Assembly: GCA_963740085.1 (NCBI GenBank)
Contig: CAVUCU010000001.1
Location: forward strand, 736,001-800,000
Direction: 5' to 3'
Length of the DNA stretch: 64,000 nt
DNA from: Nitrospirota bacterium
GTDB lineage: Bacteria > Nitrospirota > UBA9217
This document shows positions 11,172-21,411 of this stretch, piece after piece. The translations under genes and the position numbers were made by a program. The stretch's first letter is position 1. Every line of letters starts with the position of its first letter. Below the pieces are notes generated by a model. That model saw only the letters and a program-made list of their open reading frames with translations. It was not told the DNA's origin and did not search any database.

Positions 11172-13572
11172 CTAATTCCGCAGCGCCTTCCCCTTTTTCA
11201 GCATGTACTGGATCCGCTCCAGCGTTTTTTTCTGGCCGCAGAGCTTGAGGAACGCCTCCCGCTCCAGCTCCAGCAGATACTCTTCGGTGATCAGGGTGCC
11301 GGCGGGAACATCACCGCCGGTGATGACATCGGCGATCGTTCCGGCGAGAAGCTCTTCGAACTCCGTGACATGAATCCGCCCATCTTCATGTTCCAGAGCT
11401 GTGACTTGATCGTGGCGGCAATGCTTCTTCCCGGCGCCTTCAGGTCGACAAGCGGCTTCGACCGGGCGGTAGTTGGCCGCGAGGGCGATCGCCTTCTGCT
11501 TGGCGTCGAGGATCCGTTTACCGGTGTCCATGGAGAAGGCTGTCGCCGTGCCGCATGAAGCCCATGCCATAAAGCTCGGCAGCGGATGTGCTCACTTTGG
11601 CCATGGCGATGTTCGAGAAGTTTTTGAAGATGAACGGGGCTGACGTCGGTATCGTATTCCTCCGCCAGCTTTATGGCGCGGACCGCCATCTCCTTGGTGC
11701 CGCCGCCCGCGGGAAGGAGCCCGACCCCGATCTCCACCAGCCCCATATAGGTCTCTGCATGGGGGTTCATCGCGTCGGCATGGAGGCAGGTCTCGCACCC
11801 GCCTCCCATGACCAGGTTGTGCGGCGCGGCAACCACCGGGATCTTCGAGTACTTGATCGCCATCATCGCCTTCTGGAAGTTCTTGACGGTCATGGCGATG
11901 TCGTCATAGGCCCCTTCGGCAATGGCCATGGCAATAAGCATCAGGTTGGCGCCGGCTGAAAAGATGCCTCCCCTCGTTGGCGATGACGAGACCGACCCCG
12001 TCCTGCTCCGTTCGCCTGATGCCCTTGTGGATCATGGAGAGGATCTCGTTGCCGATGGCGTTCATCTTGGTGTGGAATTCGAGGCAGAAGACCCCGTCGC
12101 CCAGATCGAGCACGGAAGCGCCGCTGTTCTTCTCCACCACGCCGTTGCTTTTTGTCAGGAGAGAGAGGCTGATCGTCCCGTCCGGCCTGGGCACTTCGCG
12201 ATATTCCCCGGCATGGATGTGGTAGTAGTAGTCTTTGCCGTTCTCGAATTTGTAGAACCGCTCGATCGTCTTGAGGCCCGCGGGCACCTCCACCCCGTCC
12301 TGCTCCGCCCGTATCGACGAAGTTCTTGACCCCGATGGCGTCGAGCATCTCAAAGGGGCCGAGGTCCCAGTTGAATCCCCACTTCATGGCGTTGTCGATA
12401 TTGACGATGTCGTCGGCGATCTCGGGAATCCGATTGAAGGTATAGATCAGGGTGTCGCGCAAATTCTTCCAGGCGAACGCGGCCGCCTTGTCGGCGCCGG
12501 ATATGACCGCCTGCAGCCTTTTCCCGGGATCGTCGATCGGCTTGGCAGCGTCCACGGAGGCGAATCTTGGGCCGCAGGGACGGCAGCATACTCCCCGGAC
12601 TGTATAGTCGTAGTAAAAGTATGCGGGACCGTTCTCGCCTTTCTCTTTTTTGAAGAATCCCCGCCTGCTCTTGTTCCCCAGGAGACCCTTCTGTCACCAT
12701 CTCCTTGACAAAGCCGGGCAAGCGGAAGACCTCCCGCTGCTCGTCCTTTGCCAGCGGTTCATAGGCAGTTGTCCGCCACATGCTGCAGGGTGTCGAGTCC
12801 CACCAGATCAGCGGTGCGGAAGATGGCGCTTTTCGGGCGGGCAGTTGCCGGCCCGGCAACGGCGTCCACCTCTTCCACGGTCATCCCCATCTCCATCATG
12901 TGACGCATACCGTTGCAGATGGAATAGACGCCGATCCGGTTGGCAATGAAGTTGGGGGTGTCCTTGGCATAGACGATCCCCTTCCCGAGGCGCTTCTCAA
13001 TGAATCCTGCCATGAAGCGGACCACTTCAGGATCGGTGAATTTGTACGGGACGATCTCCAGAAGGCGCATGTAGCGCGGCGGATTGAAGAAATGGGTGAT
13101 AAGAAAGTTTTTCCGCACGTGCTCCGGAAGACTCCCGGCCATCTCGTTCACGGAAAGTCCGCTCGTGTTGGTCGAGAGGATGGTGCCCTCTTTCAGGTTC
13201 GGGCACGACCTTCTCGCTGAAGAGGCGCTTCTTGATCTCCATCTTTTCAATGACGACCTCAATGACCCAGTCACATTCCTGGAGCCTTTTGATATCGTCG
13301 TCGAAATTACCCGCTTCTATATAAGAAGCATACGCGGGGAGGAAAAACGCCGCGGGCTTCATTTTCCTGAGTCCTTCCAGTCCCGTCATCGCGATCCGGT
13401 TTCGTACGGCGGGATCGTTCAGGGTAAGGCCCGCCTTCTTTTCGGCCTCGTTCGGCTCCTTCGGCACGATGTCGAGCAGCAGCACCCGGATGCCTGCATT
13501 GGCGAGGTGGGCGGCGATGGTCGATCCCATGACCCCCGCCCCCAGGACAGCCACTTTGTTGATCTGTTTCAT
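11172..13572 (-). CDS. fadN: 3-hydroxyacyl-CoA dehydrogenase/enoyl-CoA hydratase (FadN-type); multiple frameshifts
   Basis: [56 protein letters not shown] and the terminal GKALRN, spread over about 6 fragments. Confidence 0.85.
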
Positions 13573-13671
13573 CACATTCCTCCGTCGGAACATTTGCTGG
13601 TGGGAAGCCTTCGGTAACGGTTTATTTCTCTTGGCTCAACCTATTACAGTCTGTTAGAAAGTGTTGCAAGT

Positions 13672-13757
13672 GGTTCGACAGGCTCATCACGAAGGGATAC
13701 AAATCAAGATATTCTATGCACCCTCCGTTCGCCTTGAGCCTGTTAAAGGGTGAACGG
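13672..13757. repeat. intergenic palindromic element (GGTTCGACAGGCTCA / TGAGCCTGT type)
   Basis: GGTTCGACAGGCTCATCACGAA, followed by the hairpin CCGTTCGCCTTGAGCCTGTTAAAGGGTGAACGG. Confidence 0.5.
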
Positions 13758-13907
13758 AGTTTTTTCAAATCCTGGTTAATTGTAACATCAACACGGATTA
13801 TTGTACAGAATCGTTTGCGCTGCGTGCGGCAGTATTCGCCGGGAGGAGGATTTGGAGGAATTCCGAAAAAGGTTTGAAGCGACTCAGGGGCGCGAGATAA
13901 AAATGGT

Positions 13908-14687
13908 CTAAAAGATGGCGCTCCAGACTTTCGCCGCGGTGGCGAAGATGATCGCCGCGAGCAGCCACTTGAGAAAACGCGTGTTGGTCCTTTTCCCGAC
14001 AATACTGCCGAACCGTGCCGCAGGGACCGCGCCGGCAATAAGCGGCAGTGCCATGAGATACGGCACCTGGCCGGTAGCGACCTTTCCGACCAGGCCCGCC
14101 GAGGAAGAGAACAACCCGATCGCAAGCGTGCTTCCGAGGGCCACTCGCAGCGGTATCTTCAGGACATACAGCATCATCGGAATTAATATGAATGCCCCGC
14201 CCTGTCCCACCAGCCCAATTGAAAAGCCGATAACGACACCGATCACGATCGCCGTGGGTTTATGGAAGATCACCTTCTCTTCGGTCAGCTCATCCTTCGC
14301 GTAATTTCGCGGTATAAGCATCATCACTGCAGCGATCAAAGCCAGTGCACCGAAGACCATGAGCAACGGTCCGTCCGGCACGTTCTTCGAAGCCAGCGAC
14401 CCGATCAATGACGACAGGAACAGGGAAAGCCCGAGGGTAAAGACGAGGGATCTGTTCACGAGCGCGTTTTTGTGGTAGTAGAACATCGCCGCAAGTGCTG
14501 AGAAAAAACCCTGGACCATCGTGAGACCGGTGATGCTCTTGACCTCGATCCCGCTGAATCCCAGGAACGGCGTCACGTAGAGCAGCAACGGGAACATGAT
14601 GATGCCGCCGCCGATGCCGAGCAATCCCGAGAGAAACCCGACCGACACGCCGACCAGGGCCAGGAACAGGAATAAAGTGGATTCCAT
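13908..14687 (-). CDS. TauE/SafE-family (TSUP) sulfite exporter-like membrane protein
   Basis: GLLGIGGG and GLVGQGGA half-repeats, ~8 TM helices. Abuts the selD stop. Confidence 0.85.
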   Translation of the reverse strand: MESTLFLFLALVGVSVGFLSGLLGIGGGIIMFPLLLYVTPFLGFSGIEVKSITGLTMVQGFFSALAAMFYYHKNALVNRSLVFTLGLSLFLSSLIGSLASKNVPDGPLLMVFGALALIAAVMMLIPRNYAKDELTEEKVIFHKPTAIVIGVVIGFSIGLVGQGGAFILIPMMLYVLKIPLRVALGSTLAIGLFSSSAGLVGKVATGQVPYLMALPLIAGAVPAARFGSIVGKRTNTRFLKWLLAAIIFATAAKVWSAIF

Positions 14688-15734
14688 TTATTGCACCACG
14701 AAGATCCGAATAGATCCTTTTTCATCTCCTTCGAGTACGTCGCCGATATGGGCCGCCAGGATATGCTCTTTCTGCAGGGCCGCAATAAGCTTGTTCTTTC
14801 TGACCTGAGGCACGAACATCAAGAGACCGCCCGACGTTTGGGCGTCATTCATCAGCACCCGGTCGGTCAGGGACACATCACTGCTCCACTCCACGGAGGG
14901 GTCATAGCTCTTTTGATTGGCCCTCGTGCCGCCCGGTATCATGCCCATACCGGCGATCGTCGCCGCCTCCTCGAAAAAAGGCACCCGGCGGGCGTGGAGT
15001 CTGGCCGAACAGTTGCTCGCCGTCAGGACCTCTATGAGATGGCCGATAAGACCGAATCCCGTAATATCCGTGGCCGTACTGACGCCTACTTCGAGCATGA
15101 TCTCGCCCGCCCTTTTATTCAGCGTTGCCATCGATTTTGTGAACGCGTCCACCGTCGCTGCGCTGCATCTTCCGGATTTTATCCCGGTTGAGATCACTCC
15201 GGTGCCTATCTTCTTGGTAAGTATCAGGGCATCACCCTTTTTTGCTTTTGCGTTATCGAGTATCTTATCAGGGTGGATGCTGCCCAGCACGGCATATCCG
15301 AATTTCGGTTCCTTGTCCTTGATCGTATGGCCGCCGATGATGGCGACACCGGCCTCGGTCATCTTATCGATGCCGCCCTGCATGATCCGCTTGTTGATGT
15401 CGTAAAAATCATCCCCGCTCGGCAGCGCCGCGATGTTCAGGGCCACCAGCGGCTTACCGCCCATTGCGTAGACGTCCGACAATGAGTTGGCCGCCGCGAT
15501 CGCGCCGAACCAGTAGGGATCATCGACGATCGGGGTAAAGAAATCGGCCGTAAAGACCATGGCAAGGTCGTCTGTTACGCGGTAGACACCCGCATCGTCC
15601 GCGTTCGAAGAGTCCACGAGCACGTTCGGGTCAATGATCTTCGGCAGATGTCCCAGGACCTGGGACAGTTCAGCAGGGCTGAACTTTGCCGCTCAACCGG
15701 CGCAGCTGGAAAGTTGCGTGAGTTTGATTTCCAT
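14688..15734 (-). CDS. selD: selenide, water dikinase (selenophosphate synthetase), selenocysteine-containing (UGA at codon 14)
   Basis: GGAGG RBS then ATG 15734 gives MEIKLTQLSSCAG-UGA-AAKFSP, in frame with DDAGVY, DFFTPIVDDP, TDITGFGL and DAQTSGGLL. Hairpin TGTCCCAG-GTC-CTGGGACA lies 3' of the UGA. Confidence 0.93.
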
Positions 15735-15775
15735 GATTGTCGATCCTCCACTCTGTATTTTATGTAGCCAAGACC

Positions 15776-16117
15776 TTATCGCCTTCTCTCGCCCGGATAG
15801 GTCCCTTTTTTTGTAACCGGACAGCAAGCCGGAGCGGGCAGGTCGTCTTCATATTCCTTTTTGAGCAGATCGAGCAGATCCGGAATGAGGGGTTCTTGCA
15901 GAAAGTAACACTTGAGCCTGCCATCTATGAAAAAATCGATGATACCGTTAGTGCGAAGAAGTGCCAGGTGCTGCGACACGTTCGGTTGGCTGATGTCGAG
16001 CGAACTCTCGAAATCGCTCACACACCTTACTTCCTGCCTGAGGTCTTCAAGGATCTTGATCCGGATAGGGTGGGCAATTACCTTCAGCAGCTCTATCCTC
16101 TTATCTGTGGAAATCAT
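15776..16117 (-). CDS. ArsR/SmtB-family transcriptional regulator
   Basis: IAHPIRIKIL...CVSD...SQPNVSQHLALLR HTH. C-terminal CC pair. Confidence 0.88.
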   Translation of the reverse strand: MISTDKRIELLKVIAHPIRIKILEDLRQEVRCVSDFESSLDISQPNVSQHLALLRTNGIIDFFIDGRLKCYFLQEPLIPDLLDLLKKEYEDDLPAPACCPVTKKGTYPGERRR

Positions 16118-16376
16118 GCTGTCGTCCTCAAGGAGATTGAACCCTATTTAATGAACATGCCAAAATATATGCAAATATTATTATGTTATTATTAAAATGT
16201 CAACACATACTTTGAAAGCAAAACCACAGGTCCTGAAGAGTTTCGTTAAAAAACAATAGTACAGCATCAAGCGCGCGCAAAGCAGTATAGCTTATCGTTA
16301 TTAGATTCCCTTCGTCGAACGACCACGCTGCAGGCATCAGAAACAACATTATTAAATTTCTTTTTTTGCGGGCATC

Positions 16377-16404
16377 TTGACAACAGTCTTATCCAAGATA
16401 TACT
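16377..16404 (+). promoter_or_regulatory. sigma70-like promoter for the NosL-like gene
   Basis: TTGACA-16 nt-TATACT. Confidence 0.6.
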
Positions 16405-16456
16405 CATAACAGTAATTTTAGACTTGTTAATCGCCGATCAAAGGGGGATGTGTGTG

Positions 16457-16993
16457 ATGAAAAAAATGTACGTTGTATATTTTGCAGTTGCCGTTTGTCT
16501 GGCTTTCAGTGGACTGGTCATTGCCCAGCAGGTGAGCAATGACGTCACTGTTCACAAATCGTGCAAGCTTTGCGGGATGGACAGGGGTATGTTCGACTTT
16601 TCCCGCATGCTGGTCGAGTATGATGACGGTACGATCGTCCCCCTCTGCAGCATTCACTGCGCTGCCATCGACATGGCTAACAATATCGACAAAACGCCCA
16701 AGTCAATCATGGTCGGTGATTTTAATAATAAACAACTTATCGATGCGGAAAACGCCTTCTGGGTGGTCGGAGGTAACAAGCCGGGGGTCATGTCCAAGCG
16801 GGGGAAGTGGGCCTTTGAAAAAAAGGTGGACGCCGAGACTTTCGTGAAAATGAACCAGGGGAAGATCGTTCCTTTTGAAGAAGCGATAAAAATGGCCTAT
16901 GAAGACATGTACGCAGATACAAAAATGATAAGGGAGAAACGAAAGATGAAGCATATGCACATGATGGAGCAGAAATCCGGCGCCTCCCACTAA
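16457..16993 (+). CDS. NosL-family exported metal-binding protein
   Basis: Signal peptide, CKLCGM and CSIHC motifs, IDAENAFWVVG and GVMS pattern typical of NosL-like proteins. Confidence 0.72.
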   Translation: MKKMYVVYFAVAVCLAFSGLVIAQQVSNDVTVHKSCKLCGMDRGMFDFSRMLVEYDDGTIVPLCSIHCAAIDMANNIDKTPKSIMVGDFNNKQLIDAENAFWVVGGNKPGVMSKRGKWAFEKKVDAETFVKMNQGKIVPFEEAIKMAYEDMYADTKMIREKRKMKHMHMMEQKSGASH

Positions 16994-17084
16994 CAAATGG
17001 GCCGGAGGTTGTCTGAACCGATGTTTCCGGGCCGACGGGTCATGAACTTCTTAGGGCAACGGTCTCAGTTCATCATTCTAAACT

Positions 17085-17252
17085 TCACGCCCGGTTGCTC
17101 GGGCGTCGGGCAATCTTCTCCCAGGTCTCTTCATCGATCTGGTCCGAATACTCATTGATCGAAAATTCCCTGCCGCACGCCGTGCAGCGAAATGTTACTG
17201 CTCTTCAGCCGATCCGGAGCTCGACTGTCCTGCCGCAGGTCTTGCATTTCAT
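17085..17252 (-). CDS. dual-CxxC small selenoprotein (55 aa, UGA at codon 16)
   Basis: MKCKTCGRTVELRIG-UGA-RAVTFRCTACGREFSINEYSDQIDEETWEKIARRPSNRA*. GAGG RBS. Hairpin GCTGCAC-GGC-GTGCGGC after the UGA. Absent from the ORF track. Confidence 0.78.
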
Positions 17253-17280
17253 ACGAACCTCAATAAACAAAAAATCACGG

Positions 17281-17360
17281 GGACAGGAGCCAGAACCCAG
17301 GAGTCAGGAGAAAAAGCGTGCTACGACCTCTAGCGATCCTATCCTGGCTTCTGACTCCTG
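17281..17360. repeat. heptamer-based inverted repeat (CAGGAGT / ACTCCTG)
   Basis: CAGGAGCCAGAACCCAGGAGTCAGGAG ... ATCCTGGCTTCTGACTCCTG. Confidence 0.65.
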
Positions 17361-17372
17361 AATGCTGCCATC

Positions 17373-19145
17373 TTACTCTACAATATCGAGTTTGATCGAA
17401 AGCTCCTTGAGCTGTGCCGCAGCAACGCGGGACGGCGCCTCGGTCATAAGACAGATCGCCTTCTGCGTCTTGGGGAATGCGATCACGTCGCGGATCGATG
17501 TGGCGCCCGTCAGGATCGCCGTGAGCCGGTCGAGACCAAAGGCAAGACCACCGTGGGGCGGCGCGCCGAATTCGAGCGCCTCGAGAAGAAACCCGAACTT
17601 CTTCCGCGCGTCCTCTTCGGCGATGTTCAAGAGCCCGAACATCTGCGACTGGACCTCGGACCGGTGGATACGGATGCTGCCGCCGCCGATCTCCGAGCCG
17701 TTCAGCACGATATCATAGGCCCGGGCCTTCACCTTGAGAGGATCGGTCTTCATGAACTCAAGGTCTTCTTCCCTGGGCGCGGTAAAAGGATGGTGCATGG
17801 CGTCGTACCTTTTTTCCTCGGCATTCCATTCCACCAGCGGGAAGTCCGTGACCCAGAGAAAGTTCAGTTTGCTCTCGTCAATGAGATCCAGACGCTTCGC
17901 CATGAGCAGGCGAAGGTAGCCGAGCGTCTCGGCAACGATCTTCGGACTGTCGGCAATGAACATCATGAGATCGCCGGGTTTTGCCGCAAGCCTCTCGGCA
18001 ATGGCTTCTACCTGGCCTTCTTTGAAGAACTTCGCGATCGGCGATTCAAAGCCCGATTCGGTCACCTTGATCCAGGCCAGGCCCTTTGCGCCGAAGACCT
18101 TTGCCTCGTTCGTGAGGTCGTCCACCTCTTTTCGCGAAAGCCCCGCCATGTTCGGTGCTGCCAGACCTCTTACCTGCCCGCCGAGTTCCACGGCCTGGAG
18201 AAACACCTTGAAGTCCGACGCCCTGGCGATATCGGAAATATCCTTAAGCTCGAGCCCGAAACGCGTATCCGGTTTGTCCGAACCGTAGCGGTCCATGGCA
18301 TCACGGTAGGTGAGCCGGGGAAACGGCGTCGGAATATCCACCGCCTTCACTTCTCTGACCACCTTCGCAAGCAGTTCTTCCATGAGCGAGATGATATCAT
18401 CCTGGTCGATAAAAGACATTTCGAGGTCGATCTGGGTGAATTCGGGCTGGCGGTCCGCGCGCAGGTCCTCGTCGCGGAAGCACTTCACGATCTGGTAGTA
18501 GCGCTCGAACCCGGCCACCATCAGGATCTGCTTAAAGAGCTGCGGCGACTGGGGGAGCGCGTAGAACATGCCGGGATTCACCCTGCTCGGAACGAGATAG
18601 TCCCGTGCGCCTTCCGGTGTGCTCTTGGTCAGGAACGGCGTTTCGATATCGATGAAACCGTGGCCGTCCAGAAATTGCCGCACGGTCCTGGCGATCGTGT
18701 GGCGGGTTATGAGTACCTTCTGAAGACTCGGCCGGCGCAAGTCGAGGTAACGGTATTTGAGCCTGAGGCTTTCGGCCACGTCCGTCTCATCCTCGATCAT
18801 GAACGGCAGGGGCTTTGACGCATTCAAAATAGAAAGCCCGCTCACGAGCACCTCGATCTCGCCGGTCGGGAGCTTGGGATTGACCGTATTGCCCGGCCGC
18901 GGTGCGACCGTACCGGTGATGGCAAGAACGAACTCGCTCCTGATGTCGTGGGCAAGCTTATGCGCGTCCGCGGACGTTTCCGGATTGATGACGAACTGGG
19001 TTATGCCGGCACGGTCACGCAGGTCGATGAATACGAGACCGCCATGGTCTCTTCTCGTATTTACCCAGCCCATGAGCGTCACCATCGCGCCCACATCCTT
19101 CCGGGACAATTCCCCGCAGGTATGCGTCTTTTTCAATGATTTCAC
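17373..19145 (-). CDS. aspS: aspartate-tRNA ligase
   Basis: [45 protein letters not shown] and [17 protein letters not shown] start inferred. Confidence 0.96.
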   Translation of the reverse strand: MKSLKKTHTCGELSRKDVGAMVTLMGWVNTRRDHGGLVFIDLRDRAGITQFVINPETSADAHKLAHDIRSEFVLAITGTVAPRPGNTVNPKLPTGEIEVLVSGLSILNASKPLPFMIEDETDVAESLRLKYRYLDLRRPSLQKVLITRHTIARTVRQFLDGHGFIDIETPFLTKSTPEGARDYLVPSRVNPGMFYALPQSPQLFKQILMVAGFERYYQIVKCFRDEDLRADRQPEFTQIDLEMSFIDQDDIISLMEELLAKVVREVKAVDIPTPFPRLTYRDAMDRYGSDKPDTRFGLELKDISDIARASDFKVFLQAVELGGQVRGLAAPNMAGLSRKEVDDLTNEAKVFGAKGLAWIKVTESGFESPIAKFFKEGQVEAIAERLAAKPGDLMMFIADSPKIVAETLGYLRLLMAKRLDLIDESKLNFLWVTDFPLVEWNAEEKRYDAMHHPFTAPREEDLEFMKTDPLKVKARAYDIVLNGSEIGGGSIRIHRSEVQSQMFGLLNIAEEDARKKFGFLLEALEFGAPPHGGLAFGLDRLTAILTGATSIRDVIAFPKTQKAICLMTEAPSRVAAAQLKELSIKLDIVE

Positions 19146-19292
19146 CTTACTACCCCTCCCTGATCGATACAAAACAGGCTGGATAATAGCATTCAATCTG
19201 CACCAAAGTCAAGCGCCGGTTGCTGAGACCATTTTCATTGACTTGAAGCCCGGCTTCTGATATGAATGGAGCAAGCGGAAACAGGGACAACG

Positions 19293-19667
19293 ATGGTAAA
19301 TATTTTCTTCATAGGCATGGGCGGGTTCCTTGGTGCGATCTCCCGGTACGGGGTCGCGCTCTGGATCGGGCAGCGGTGGGGACGCAACTTTCCCCTCGGC
19401 ACCTTCCTGATCAATATCAGCGGCAGTTTTCTCATCGGGCTGCTCATGTCGCTGCTCACGGAACGTTTCATGGTGAACCCGCAATGGAGACTGCTCCTTA
19501 TCGTGGGGTTCCTCGGCGCCTATACCACGTTCTCAACGTTTGAATATGAGACCGGCGCGCTCATGAAAGACGGTGAGTGGCTGATCGCGATGCTGAATGT
19601 GATCCTGAGCGTCAGCGTCGGATTCATCGCATTGAAGCTCGGAGAGGTGATCGCAAAAATTATTTAA
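19293..19667 (+). CDS. crcB: fluoride efflux channel Fluc/CrcB
   Basis: GGFLGAISRY, PLGTFLINISGSF and GFLGAYTTFSTF. Confidence 0.95.
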   Translation: MVNIFFIGMGGFLGAISRYGVALWIGQRWGRNFPLGTFLINISGSFLIGLLMSLLTERFMVNPQWRLLLIVGFLGAYTTFSTFEYETGALMKDGEWLIAMLNVILSVSVGFIALKLGEVIAKII

Positions 19668-19751
19668 CCGCCAAGAAGCAAGGGACGCAAAGGAAGGCGT
19701 AATACTCTTAATTCGCAATTCCTACTTTGCGCTCTTCGCGTCTTCGCGGTT
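19666..19751. repeat. CRCNRAK-subrepeat hairpin element (CGCAAAG/CGCGAAG class)
   Basis: AACCGCCAAGAAGCAAGGGACGCAAAG ... CTTTGCGCTCTTCGCGTCTTCGCGGTT. Starts inside the crcB stop codon. Confidence 0.72.
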
Positions 19752-19769
19752 CATTCTTGAGGTGAAATC

Positions 19770-20114
19770 ATGATCAAAACCGGCCCCGCAAAAAAACTCA
19801 CTATCTACGTTGACGAAACCGAGAAGCTCCATGGTAAACCTGTCTATGAAGTGGTCATGGACATCCTTTTCACCCGGAAGATATCCGGAGCAAGCGTGTT
19901 CCGCGGGGTCGCGGGTTACGGGAGTCACGGCAAACTTCATACCGCGAAGATACTGGAACTCTCCACTACCCTGCCGGTCAAGATAGAAGTTGTTGATTCC
20001 GAGGAGATGATAAATGTCATCCTTGCCGAAATATCCTCCGTTGTCGAGAAAGGGCTCATTGAAGTGAGCGACACGAACGTCATCAGGTCCGGCTCACGAG
20101 GCAGTCATCCATAA
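19770..20114 (+). CDS. DUF190 (PII-like) protein
   Basis: GASVFRGVAGYG and LELSTTLPVKIEVVDS. Usual neighbour of crcB. Confidence 0.88.
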   Translation: MIKTGPAKKLTIYVDETEKLHGKPVYEVVMDILFTRKISGASVFRGVAGYGSHGKLHTAKILELSTTLPVKIEVVDSEEMINVILAEISSVVEKGLIEVSDTNVIRSGSRGSHP

Positions 20115-20116
20115 CC

Positions 20117-20716
20117 ATGCAGTACCTGGACGCACAACTCCTTCTCTTCATAAATCACAACCTGGTGAATCCCGTTTTCGACGTGCTGATGACGACGTTG
20201 TCTCTGCAGGGTTATCTTCTGGTCCTGCCATTCCTTATATATATGGTCATTCATGGGTTCCGGCAAAAAGACCGGCGCGGGATGGGGCGTGGAATGACGG
20301 CGATCTGGACGATCGTGATAGCATGCCTCGCAGTTTATCTGACCGTGCTTGTCGAGGCTTGGATGAAGGATGCGGTCGCACGGGTACGGCCGTGCCGGGC
20401 GCTGGAGGGAATCAGGCTGATCCTCCCCTGCCCCAAGTCCAAGTCCATGCCCTCCGGCCATGCCATCAGTTCATTCGCCTTCGCCACGCCGCTTTTCCTG
20501 CTCACCCGCACCTATATCAGACTGACGTGGCGCCTTTACCCGGTCGTTCTCGCGTCATTGATCGCCTTCTCGAGGCTTTATCTGGGAGTCCATTATCCGA
20601 CAGATGTTCTTGTGGGCGCATTGCTGGGGGCGAGTATCGGGATGATGCTGTCATTTTTGTGGCGGATGATCGCGATTAAATACCGCAATGGGAGTGACAC
20701 TACTCCTGACTCCTGA
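20117..20716 (+). CDS. PAP2-family membrane phosphatase
   Basis: KDAVARVRP, SMPSGH and SRLYLGVHYPTDV. Confidence 0.9.
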   Translation: MQYLDAQLLLFINHNLVNPVFDVLMTTLSLQGYLLVLPFLIYMVIHGFRQKDRRGMGRGMTAIWTIVIACLAVYLTVLVEAWMKDAVARVRPCRALEGIRLILPCPKSKSMPSGHAISSFAFATPLFLLTRTYIRLTWRLYPVVLASLIAFSRLYLGVHYPTDVLVGALLGASIGMMLSFLWRMIAIKYRNGSDTTPDS

Positions 20717-20763
20717 CTCCTACCCTCCCTCCCCACTCCTGACTCCTGACTCCTGACTCCTGA
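20699..20763. repeat. tandem heptamer repeat (ACTCCTG)n
   Basis: ACTCCTGACTCCTGACTCCT...ACTCCTGACTCCTGACTCCTGACTCCTG between the convergent PAP2 and pcm genes. Confidence 0.8.
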
Positions 20764-20766
20764 TGC

Positions 20767-21411
20767 TCATTCCTTCCACCCGTGATTGCCGATAAGCGGA
20801 ACGAACACGCAGGGGATGCTCTGCTCGGTGGTGATGCCTTCCGCGGTCTTAACCACCGTGATTAGTCGCTGTCCATACCGATCGCCGACTGGTATCGCCA
20901 TCCTGCCGCCCTCTTTGAGCTGTTCCACAAGCGGCGCCGGAATATCGGGCGAACCTGCGGTCACGATGATCGCATCAAAAGGCGCCATCTCCTTCCAGCC
21001 ATACGTGCCGTCATAAACCTTTATCGCCACGCTTTTATACCCCAGCCGGTCGAGCGTAACCCTGGCCTTGTCCGCCAGTGTTTTGATGCGCTCCACGGTA
21101 TAGACCTTTTCGCACAACTCCGCAAGCACCGCCGCCTGATAGCCCGAGCCGGTCCCGATCTCGAGCACCCGCTCCGTTCCTTTGAGCCTGAGGGACTCGG
21201 TCATGAGCGCGACCATGTAGGGCTGGGACATTGTCTGGCCTTCGCCGAGCGGAAGCGCGTTGTCGGTGTATGCCATGCCGCGGATGGCCTCAGGCAGGAA
21301 CTCCTGTCGCGGTATCCTGCGCATGACCGCGAGAACGCGCTCGTCCTTTACCCCGCGGCCGACGATCTGCTCGTCCACCATCAAACTTCGTTCTTTTCCA
21401 TAATTTATCAC
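20767..21411 (-). CDS. pcm: protein-L-isoaspartate O-methyltransferase
   Basis: GQTMSQPYMVA, VLEIGTGSGYQAA and APFDAIIVTA. Follows surE. Confidence 0.94.
   Translation of the reverse strand: MINYGKERSLMVDEQIVGRGVKDERVLAVMRRIPRQEFLPEAIRGMAYTDNALPLGEGQTMSQPYMVALMTESLRLKGTERVLEIGTGSGYQAAVLAELCEKVYTVERIKTLADKARVTLDRLGYKSVAIKVYDGTYGWKEMAPFDAIIVTAGSPDIPAPLVEQLKEGGRMAIPVGDRYGQRLITVVKTAEGITTEQSIPCVFVPLIGNHGWKE

Noticed and set aside
11172-13572. Programmed frameshifting or a true pseudogene in fadN
   Set aside because: There are too many scattered shifts without slippery-site/stimulator structure, and the same pattern affects nuoM and nuoN. Sequencing error is more parsimonious.
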